From the NCBI RefSeq assembly GCF_009914755.1, contig NC_060930.1: DNA of 64,000 nt. One strand, 5' to 3'. The notes beneath the pieces are model-generated. The model had not been told where the DNA came from. It saw only the letters and a program-made list of their open reading frames with translations, and made no database searches. Numbering within the stretch: the first letter of the stretch is position 1; every line of letters begins with the position of its first letter. The position numbers and the translations under genes are program-made. The stretch comes from the human T2T-CHM13v2.0 reference genome, Homo sapiens. Below are positions 11,474 to 21,875 of this stretch, in pieces.

Positions 11474-12890
11474 ACCAATGGAATGGGATAGAGATAAGAC
11501 AGCCTAGAAATACTGACACATTCACAGTCAATTGGTTTTAACAAAGGTGACAAGAACACACAATGTGAAAGGACAGGTTCTCCAATAAATGGTGTTGAGG
11601 AAAACTGAATATCCACATGCCAAAGAAGGAAAATGGACCCTTATCTTATACCTTAAATGACAATCAACTCAAAATAGATTAAAGGCTTAAGTGTAAGACC
11701 TGACGCTGTAAAACTATGAGAAGAAAACATAAGGGAAAAGCCCCAAGACTTTGGTTTGGGCAGTAACTTCTTGGATAAGACCCTAAAAACCACAGGGAAT
11801 TAAGGCAAAAAATAGACGAATGGGATTGCATCAAACTAAAAAGTGTCTGCACAGCAAAGGGAACACGTAACAGTGTGAAGAGACAATTCACAGATTGGGA
11901 GAGAATATTTGCAAAGGAATTTGCAAAGCAAAGTCATCTTAAGCAAAAAGAACAAAGCTGAAGGCATCACATTACCCAATTTCAAACCACACTATAAAGC
12001 TACAGTAACCAGAAGAGTATGGTACTAGTAAAAAAAAATAGACACATAGACCAATGGAACAGGTTAGGGAACCCAGAAATAAAGCCACACATCTACAGCC
12101 ATCTGGTTATTGACAAAGTTGACAAAAATGAGCTATGGGAAAAGGATTCCCTATTTAATAAGTGGTACTGAGATAGCTGGCTAGCCATATGCAGAGAATG
12201 AAAGTGGATCCTATCCTTTCACCATATAGAAAAATTAACTTGAGATGAATTAAAGATGTTTGCATTCTCATGTCATTGCAGCATTATTCACAATGTCCAA
12301 CAATGTCCAAGATATGGAAACATTCGAAGTGCCCATCAACAAATAGATGTTTAAAATGTGGTACATATCCAAAACAGAATACTCCTCAGCTTTAAAAAAA
12401 TAAATTTTGTCATTTGTGACAACATATATGAACCTACAGGACTTTACGTTGTACGAAATATTCAAGGTACAAAGAGATAGATACTGTATGAGCTTATACG
12501 TGGAACCTAAAAAAGTTGAAATTACAGAAGCAGCGAGTAGAATGGTGGTCACCAGAGGCTGGGGGAGGGAGTAGTAGATGGGAAAAGGGGTGGCTTTTGT
12601 CAAAAGGTACAAAGTTTCAGTTAGAAAGAATAAGTTCTGTTGCACAGCCTGATGACTACAGTCAACATTAATGTATTGTATATTTCCAAAAGCTAAAAAA
12701 GGATTTTAAATGTTCTCACCACAAAGAAATGATAAATATTTGAGATAATGAACATAGTAACGAGCCTGATTTGATTATTCCACAATGTGTATACGTAAGA
12801 AAATATCACAATGTACCCCATAAATATATGTAATTATTATGTACATCAATTAAATAACATTAAAATAAAAATTTAAAAATAATTTTAAAA
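11474..12890 (+). mobile_element. L1MA 3' portion with an internal out-of-order L1 segment (about 11925-12255)
   Basis: ORF2 and an L1MA 3' UTR with A-rich tail; approximate TSD tgctggatgtctg (11461-11473) / tgttagatgtctg (12891-12903). Confidence 0.85.
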
Positions 12891-13161
12891 TGTTAGATGT
12901 CTGTTTATCTTACTTTTGGTCACCACTTTTTATGATTAACTATTGTTGTTCCCCATTTTATTTTTTCAGCAAACGTTGGGTGGATTATACTCATTTTCTT
13001 TTCTTGAGGTGAATAATTTTCTGATGGCCTTGAACTGAAAACTGATGTCCCATCTGGAAGAAGAGTGCAATAATGCTTCCTGTCCCCCTATTGTGACATC
13101 GCTTTAATCATCACATATGTAACAGCACATAGGCTACACACACCTAAGTGGCTGTTATTTG

Positions 13162-13740
13162 CTAGTGTTCCTCAAGATCTGTAACATGAACAACTTATAT
13201 AAGTGTCACCTGTGGAGCTTGCCAAAAATGCTTATTCCAGGAAACTATCCAGGTCTTTAAAAAAATAAATAAATGTATGGGGTGTAGGTGTAATTTTGTT
13301 ACATGGCACATATTCAAAACAGACTTAGCACATATATACAAACTACTATCAAGTGAACAAAAAGTGGATACTGAGAAATAAGTGTATGCATTAGAAAATC
13401 GGAACTTAGCATATCATCAATTTAGGTAATTAAATCTGAAAAATGTTGGAAACCTGTGATTCACTAAATTACTGTTACTAATTATGTAACTAATTATGTA
13501 ATGTAAATAAGAAAATCATCATATGATCACATTGCAGAGTGGTGAAGTCAGGGCTTTTAGAGTATTCATCATTTCAATAACATACATTGTTCCCATTAAG
13601 TAATTTATCATCATCCACACCCCTCTCAACCCCTCATCATTCTGAGTTTCCATTCCCATTCAGGTTTTCTGAATCAGAAAATCTCAGATTGGCCCAGAGA
13701 CCCTGCATATTTAGAACAAGTCACCAGGTGATTTTAACAC
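13162..13740. mobile_element. MER5-like hAT-Charlie element split by L1PB
   Basis: 'tcacctgtggagcttgccaaaaatgc' ... 'ctgaatcagaaaatctc' ... 'acaagtcaccaggtgatt'. Confidence 0.65.
13257..13655 (-). mobile_element. L1PB-like 3' end, interrupted by a locally copied segment
   Basis: 'taattttgttacatgg'[insert]'attgcagagtggtgaagtcagggcttttag'. Confidence 0.75.
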
Positions 13741-14196
13741 AAAAGAAACTTGATAAAAAAAATTATGAGATGACATTCTTTACAAATTCCAGGTAAATAA
13801 AATCCCCTTCTCAAGAGAGATACTTCCCTCTACTCTTTTGAGTATTCCAGATCTCACTGGCACAAGTTAGAATACCTGGAATATTTTAGTTCAAGCTAAG
13901 TCTTAGTTCAATGTTGAACAAGAACAAATTCTTAACTTTTCTAGTCTTTGATTCTTAATTTGAACGAAATCATCATTACAGTGGAGTGGCACATATTCAA
14001 AACAGACTTAGCACACATATAGAAACTACTATCAAGTGAACCAAAAAGTGGTTACTGAGAAATAAGTGTATGCATTAAAAAATGGGAACTTAGCATATCA
14101 TTAATTTAGGTAATTAAATGTGGAAAATGTTGGAAACCTGTGATTCACTAAATTATGGTTACTAATTATGTAAATAAGAAAATCATCATATGATCA
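13304..14196 (+). repeat. Interspersed direct duplication: 13304-13529 matches 13987-14196
   Basis: Both copies run 'tggcacatattcaaaacagacttagcac...aatcatcatatgatca' with about a dozen differences. Confidence 0.97.
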
Positions 14197-14439
14197 TAAT
14201 TTTTCTTTCAAGTCACATTAGTCATTGCAAATTTGGTAAATGAATAAATGAGATGTTACATTTTAAAATTTTCCAAACAGGGAAAATTAAATATAGATAT
14301 TATTCTATATGCAAATAATTTATTCAGCAATTATTTTGAATATGTGATTATTTATAAAATGTCATATCATTTTATAAGTATAGACACACACATATATATA
14401 TGTGTGATTATATTAAAAAGTATAAGACGTCACCAACCC

Positions 14440-14930
14440 TAAACAAAGTTTATACTTTAGTTGTGGAGAAAAGAGTAAACTTTTAAGAGCTAAACTGCAA
14501 GGAAGTAAGAGAGCATCCTCAGGAGTGAAGCTTTTCTAACTTCTGCAATCCTTGATGAAATGAGTCAGGGCTAGTAAGCCTTGCCTGGCTATAAAGAGAG
14601 ATATGGATTTGAAAGGGCAGAAAGCAAGGGATAGAGGGGCCCAGGAGACAGAAAAAGCATAAGCAAAGACAGAGAGAGAGAAATGTGTGTGCACAGTGCA
14701 AGAATAAGACATGTTTAATAACTTTAAAGTTTAATGTGGGAGATGGATAGAGAGAAAGGCTGTTTAGTAAATCACATTAGGGAAAGCAAGACAGAGATGA
14801 AATTGATGTGGAAGAAAATAGAGCCATTATTGTATTTTGAACCTAGAAGTGAAAAGATCAAACTGGTATTTTGGTAATTTTAAAATCGCCTGACTCTCAG
14901 ATAATCAAGAAACAGGGACAACAGATAGGG
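14440..14930 (-). mobile_element. L2 fragment
   Basis: Purine-rich decayed L2-like sequence ('gagccattattgtattttgaacctagaagtgaaaagatcaaactggtatttt'). Confidence 0.5.
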
Positions 14931-15141
14931 CATCTTTATAATAACCTATCCAGGTTATTATATCCTATATAATAATAATAACCTATCCATGAAGCACTGC
15001 AGAACAGATAAATCACACAACTTAAAGGATGAAATAACAGATTTTTTACTTTTTTAAACATAGTACACAAAGTAAAATGAGAATGAAGAACTTATCATAG
15101 GAAGTTGCATTCCACTTGATGAATGGCATTTCCAAGTGCAT

Positions 15142-15397
15142 GCATGTTAGTTTCCAACTACTGCTGTAACAAATATCACAGGATTAGTAGCTAAAACAAC
15201 AAAAATTTATCTTCTCCTTTATAAGGACCCTTGTGATTATACTAGACTCACTCAAATAATTCAGGGTAATATCTCCATATCAAGATCCTTAAGTTAGTCA
15301 CATCTAAAAAGTTCCCTTTGCCATGCAAGAACATATTCACAGATTCCAGGGATTAGGATATGGGCATCTTTGGGTGTCCATTATTCTTCCTACTCTA
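15142..15397 (-). mobile_element. MLT1 LTR with internal deletion
   Basis: 'ctgctgtaacaaat', 'ataaggacccttgtgatta', 'attcacagattccagggattagga'. Confidence 0.8.
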
Positions 15398-15447
15398 TCA
15401 AGAGATGAACAAGAGAATACAATTAATATTATTGAGCTCTTACCCCG

Positions 15448-15794
15448 TAATATGGCTTGGTTGTGTCCCCACTCAAATCTCGTCTTGAACTGTAGCTCCC
15501 ATAATTCCCATGTGTCGTGGGAGGCACCCAGTGGGAGGTGATGGAATCATGGTGGCAGGTCTTCCTCATGCTGTTCTTGTGACAGTGAATACGTCTCACA
15601 AGTTCTGATGGTTTTATAAAGGGGAGTTCTCCTACACAAGTTCTGTCGCCTGTCACCATGTAAGATATACCTTTGTTCCTCCTTTGCCTTCTTCCATGAT
15701 TGTGAAACCTCCCCAGCCTGTGGAACTGTTAGTCCACTAAACCTCTTTTCTCTCAGGTATGTCTTTATTAGCAGTGTGAAAACAAAATAATGCA
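15448..15794 (+). mobile_element. THE1B/C solo LTR
   Basis: 'atatggcttggttgtgtccccactcaaatctc' ... 'taatgca'; TSD ccccg/ccctg. Confidence 0.9.
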
Positions 15795-16443
15795 CCCTGT
15801 GAGAGACACATAATCTCACATATCCAATCTCATTTATCCCCAAAAATAGACCGAAAGGGAAAGAGAAACATTCCCTATAATCCCACAGTTAATAAGATGC
15901 AAAACTGAGTTTGAACCCAGTTTTATTTCACTTCAGACACCATCCTCAAAAGGGAAAAGTTGAGGATCTTTTGGAGGTTATTTAGGGGGTGTGTGCTGTG
16001 AATTTTGTTTTAAACATATTGCATATGAAGGAACAATTACAGAGAGTTGGAAATAAAGAACTTAAGCACAAGTAAAGTATCAGCGACACAGGTAGAAATT
16101 TAGAAATAAATATCAGATAAATAATAACTAAAATTATTATAGCATATGGATTATGAAAGATAATTTGAACAGGAAATCAGGGCTATTAAGTTGGTTAGAG
16201 GGAGAGGAAGAATGACCAAAGAGGTAGGAGAATCAGAGGAGTGTATTATTGTAAGAGGCAAAAAGGAGAACACGTGAATGAGACAGAGATGGAGAGCTTA
16301 AAATGCTGTCAAAAGGAAGAGGAAAAATAGAAATGAAAAAAGGCCCTGACTTTCCATAAGGAGAAAGTAATCTTTTGGCTCATTAGTGTCCTTTGATTCA
16401 AATTACTTGAATAATACATTTTTTGAAGAAAAGAGATACCTAC

Positions 16444-16518
16444 ATTTTAAGTAAAATTGATGTTGCTGTCCTATGAATCTTTTATCATTGAGTTATTGAA
16501 TATTTTGTCATTGAGGTA
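16444..16518 (-). pseudogene. Exon 3 (75 nt, starts phase 0)
   Basis: attttcttacag|...|gtaggt; YLNDKIFNNSMIKDS*, then a probable frameshift to RTATSILLK. Confidence 0.7.
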
Positions 16519-16843
16519 CTGTAAGAAAATATGTTTTGGTATTTTCTTGAAATAGAGAATATTTTACTGCATTTTAAGAACTTTTTAAACAATTACCAAC
16601 ATGTGTTTTAAGGTGCCTTTCTAAGATCCTTTGGGATAGTTTGACTGGGCTCTCCTCTCTTCCCATCCCCACTCCGCTCCCTGACCTGCCATGTTCTTCT
16701 CATGTGTTCACATCATTGATATGATTGCTTTAATCTGCACAAAATCTCTCACTGGGAGTTCAGCTGTCCAGAGCTAAATCATCTTTATATTTATTTATTC
16801 AGAAATAATTGCATTTTCCTCAACATTATTATTCTGCTATCAC

Positions 16844-16947
16844 CTCAATGTATTTGTCTTTTCTGCTAGTGAGAGAAATGCTCATGGATCAAAATGTTTC
16901 TTTTGAGATTTTGATAGAATTACTAGTACTTGGGCCTCGAATTTCAC
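16844..16947 (-). pseudogene. Exon 2 (104 nt, phase 1 to 0)
   Basis: gcttttcacag|...GAG|gtgata; G-EIRGPSTSNSIKISKETF*SMSISLTSRKDKYIE. Confidence 0.7.
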
Positions 16948-18160
16948 CTGTGAAAAGCTAAGAATCCTTCCAAGATTTAGAGTCACATAGAATTATACTT
17001 TATAATAAAAACTGAGATACCGTCATCAAATTATAAAATTAAAATTAAAGAATTTTAAAATATTAAATAATATAAAGTTGGGATATGTGAGTATGAATGC
17101 TAGAGAGGCTTCTTTGAGTGTGGGTGAAAAGACAATATTATTCAAAACATGTTTTCCATGTTGTTGCCATACAGATACTCACATATAGCTTATAACAACA
17201 TGTGTATGTCCATATATACACACATTAGCTTATGTATGCATATCTATAGTTCATAACTATATCTTAATATATATAAAACACAGTAATACTAATATATATA
17301 GTATCCTCAGTCAAAGACTATTGGCACAGGACTTGGGAGACAGCTCTCACAATGTCTTTTAAATTTCAGATAATTTAAAATGTTAAGGAGATATTAATTT
17401 GTCCAATGTTATGTTGATATATTCTGCTATCATAGAAAAAAATAGAACTTCACAAGTGTTTGCCACAATGGAAAATGCAATTTGACTTCAGAAAAACAAA
17501 CAAAAAAGACAAAACCACCTAAACTTTTAAATAGATGCCCTAGTTGAACTTTTAAAATACATAAAAGTATAAAGGAAACAAAAATGACACATAATTCATG
17601 ATTAACAATTTCATTTAGAAATCACCAATATCCTAATAACCATATGAGATATGTGTATGCAGGTGCATATACAGTGAATACTGTTTTCACTAAAACAGTG
17701 AAACAGATGGTCTAATACTTTGTCTTTTTTTATTTCAAGAGATTTCTTCATATCAGGCCTTAAAAGATTGTTTCTTCAGGCATTCTTCTAAGTATCTAAA
17801 ACTCGGTACTGCATGAGCACTGGCCAATCAGCATGGATGCTGACTTTAGGCTGAGCAGGACCCTGGGAGGACCTTGTTATACCTACACCCAATCCTTTAG
17901 TTGATGGGTCACACAGTTGTCCTAGGGTCACACAGGAAGCATTTTAGTGGCGTGAGAGGAGGCCTGGGACTGCAGGAACTTGAGTCAGCAGCTATTACGA
18001 ATCATAGCAAAAGTATTTGAGTATTTTGACAACTATGTCTATAAGAAGAACATAGTGTCTGAAATTAACCTCTGTGTTTTCCTATAATTTGGTACACTTG
18101 CTAAGTAAATTAGTAAGTACTGAAAATTCTCATTTAAAAACGACCAAATTAGGAGCTTAC

Positions 18161-18304
18161 CATTATATATTAGAGAAGACAGAATCAAAAGAAATGCCAG
18201 AAGATTATAGCAATTTCTAAGGCAGAAAACCTGACTTTCTCTTTCTAGGATGATCTTTCTCATTGACGTATTTCTTGGAAAACCTTTAAGAAATCACTAG
18301 CATA
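18161..18304 (-). pseudogene. Exon 1 (ATG at 18263; signal-peptide-like)
   Basis: MRKIILERESQVFCLRNCYNLLAFLLILSSLIYN-G; donor AATG|gtaagc, phase 1; in-frame upstream TGA; candidate acceptor ttctcttctttcttaag. Confidence 0.75.
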
Positions 18305-18449
18305 CTTAAGAAAGAAGAGAACACAGGAAAGTTAATTGCTTCAGCAAAATCACCCATAATCTGGCAGTGGAAAAGAGGTTAAAAACTAAAGCATGCTAAT
18401 TGCCCATTAGTTACATGAGTAAAGTGATCATATGTACTGCTTTGCTTAA

Positions 18450-19190
18450 TATGTCATAGATTGTGTGTGTATGTGTGTGTGTGCATGTATGTGTGTAGAA
18501 AGAGATAGTGATAGAGATAGGCAGATGTCATGAGGCTTTGTCACTAAATACTTCTGCCCTTGAGTTCTAAAAACAAGCAAATTAGCCCACATAACCATAA
18601 TACAGTTATTAGGAAATTTAACATTTAAATACAAATCATTTATCTAGTATACAGTCCACATTAGAATTTCCGCAATTACACTGGTAATGGGCTTTATGGT
18701 TTTTAAAATTTTATAGTTTTTTTTTCATTCAGAAAACAATAAAGGGTCATGAATGACACTTAGTTGCCACTGTCTCTTTAGTCTTCTTTAATCTGGAAGA
18801 GTTCCCAGAAAATTTTGTCTTTCATGACACTGATATTTTGAAGAGCCATTGCTATATGTTTGCAAGACAATCCTTAATTTTGATTTATATAATTGTTCCT
18901 AATGATCAGACTAATTTTATATTTTTGATAGGTTTTTATATATATATATTTTAGGCTATATTGCTAAATACAAATGAGTTGAAAAAAATTTATATTTCCT
19001 GATATGATAAACCATATATAATTATATAGTGTCACCTTAATTCTCAAAAGTTTTATTTCTTTTTGTTTTGTATTACTATAGCTACTTCTAGTTACTTCAA
19101 TTTTTTAGTCACATTCATTCTTGTACTATCAACATTTCTGTGTACATATATTGCAGGTATGTTTCTTTGTGGCAATAACTGTAGATTGTT
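18450..19190 (-). mobile_element. Old L1MC/L1ME 3' fragment
   Basis: 'ctaaatacttc...cacataaccataataca...aaatttaacatt', 'tctttcatgacactgatattttgaagag'. Confidence 0.55.
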
Positions 19191-21875
19191 TCCAATATCT
19201 GTACATTTTCTTTCCTTAATAAAAAAACAGAATCTTTAGATTTTAGTTCAGTATATTCTTATCAAGCATAAAAATGTGTATCCCTGCCTCTTGCAGTTGG
19301 GTGTGACCATGTGACTAAATTTTTGACCAATGAGTTATAACTATAAATGGTATGTACAATTTCCAGAAGCAGTCATTTTAGTTTTTAATTTTTGGGGGTA
19401 CATAGTAAGTATACATATTGATGAGGTACATGAGATATTTTGATACAGGCATACAATGCATAATAATCACATCAGGATAAATGGAGTATCTATCATCTCA
19501 AGTATTTATCCTTTCTTTGTATTACAAACAATCCAAATATACTTAGTTATTTTGAAATGTACAATAAATCATTGTCAACTGTAGTCATCCTGTTCTACTA
19601 TGAAATAGAATAACTTGTTCATTCTAATTATAATTTCACATTCATTAACCATACACACATTCCCCCTCCACACACACATCCCCAATACCCTTCCAGCCTC
19701 TGGTAACCATCATTCTACTATCTCAATGAGTTCAATTTTTTAAAATTTAGTTCCCCAAATAAATGAGAACATGCAAATTTTGTCTTTCTGTGACTGGCTT
19801 ATTTCATTTAACATAATGACCTCCAGTCCCATCCATGTTGTTACAAGTGACAAGATCTAATTTTTTTTATGGCTGAATAGTATTCCATTGTGTATATGTG
19901 CCACATTTTCTTAATTTGTCTGTTGGTGGACATTTGAGTTGCTTTCAAATCTTGGCTATTGTGAACAGTGCTGAAACAAACATGGGTGTGCAGATATTTC
20001 TTTGATACACCAATTTCCTTTCTTTTAGGTATTTACCTAGCAGTGGGATTGCAAAACATATGGTAGTTCTATTTTTAGTTTTTTCAGAAAACGTTAAACT
20101 ATTCTCCATAGTGGTTAAACTTACATTCCCACCAGCAGCAAACAAGTAGGTTTCCCTTTTCTCCACATCCTTGCCAGCATTTGTTATCGCCTGACTTTTG
20201 GATAAACACCATTTTAACAGGAGATGACATCTCATTGTAGTTTAAATTTCCATTTCTCTGATGATCAGTGATGTTGAGCACCTTTTAATATACTCATTTT
20301 CCATTTGTATGTCCTCTTTTAAGAAATGCCTACTCCGATTTTTTGCCCATTTTAAATGGAATTACCAGATTTTTTTCCTATACAGATGTTTGAGCTCTTT
20401 ATATATTCTGGTTATTAATCCCTTGTCAGATGGATAATTTGGAAATAGCTCCTCCCATTCCATGGGTTGTCTCTTCACATCGTTGATTGCTGTGCAAAAG
20501 CTTTTTAACTTGATGTGATATAATTTATCCACTTTTGTTTGGTTGCCAGTGCTTGTGGGGTATTACTCAAGAAATCTTTGCCCAGTCCAAAGTTATGGAG
20601 AGTTTCCCCAAAGTATTTGTTTAATAGTTTCATAGTTTGAGGTCCTAGATTTAATTCTTTAATTCATTTTGATTTTATTTTTGCATACGGTGAGAGATAG
20701 GGGTTTACTTTCATTCTTTTGCATATGGATATCCAGTTTTCCCAGAACCATTTATTGAGAGACAATCCTTTCTCCCATGGATGTTCTTGGCACCTTTCTC
20801 AAAAAATAGTTCACTATAGATGTATGGATTTGTTTTTGGGTTCTCCGTTCTATTCCATTGATCTATGTGTCTATGTTTATGCCAATACAGTACTGCTTTG
20901 GTTACTATTGCTCTGTAGTATAATTTGAAGTCAGGTAACGTGATACCTCTAGTTTGGTTCTTTTTATTCAGGATAGCTTTCACAATTCTAGGTCTTTTGT
21001 AGTTTCATATACATTTTAGGATTATTTTTTCTATCTCTGTGGAGAATGTCACTGGTACTTTCATAGGGATTGCATTCAATCTGCAGATTGCTTTGGGTAG
21101 TATGGACACTTTAACAATATTGACTCTTCCAACCCATGAACAATAAAGTATCTTTTCATTTTTTGTCCCCTCTTCAATTTATTGCATCAATGTTTTATAG
21201 TTTTCAGTACAGAGATCTTTCACATCTTTGGTTTAGTTCTTATTTGTGGCTATCATAAATGGAATTACTTTCTCAACTTTTTAGATTCTTCACTATTAGC
21301 ATATAGAAATGCTACTGATTTTTGTATGTTGATTTTGTATCCTGCAGCCATACTGAATTTGTCTACCACTACTAATAGCTTTTTGGTGGAGTCTTTAGCT
21401 TTTTCCAAATATAAGATTATATCATCTGCAAATAAGGATAATTTAACTTCTTCTTTTCCAATTTGGATGTCCTTGATTTCTTCATCTTGTTTCTCTAGCT
21501 AGAATTTCCAGTACTATGTTAAATAACAGTGGTGAATGTGGGTATCCTTGTCTCATTCCAGATCTTAGGGGGAAGGATTTTAGATTTTCCCTATTCAGAA
21601 TGATACTAACTGTGGGTCTGTCATATATGGCTTATATTGTGCTGATGTATGTTCTTTCTATACCTAGTTCTTTGAGGATTTTTAACATGAAGGGATCTTA
21701 ATTTTATCAAACGCTTTTTCAGCACCAATTGAAATGATTTTACGGTTTTTGTCTTTCATTCGGTTGATATATCAAATTTATTGATTTGCATATGTTGAAC
21801 CATACTTGCATGCCTGGATAAATCCCACTTGGTGATTATGATTTTTTCAATGTGTCATTGAATTTGATTTGCTAG

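Larger units (their letters stand above)
3689..18304 (-). pseudogene. Decayed 12-exon gene for a secreted or cell-surface protein (signal peptide, SEA-like, CUB-like, SEA-like, SEA-like); may continue past the left edge
   Basis: Twelve GT-AG-bounded exons (about 1625 nt) in non-repeat sequence. Intron phases are compatible at most junctions. Conceptual translation shows domain-like motifs with many stops and frameshifts. Confidence 0.75.

Noticed and set aside
18263-18420. CRE-like TGACGTA beside the ATG and a TAAT-N5-ATTA motif as promoter elements
   Set aside because: Short motifs expected by chance; the transcription start is unknown.
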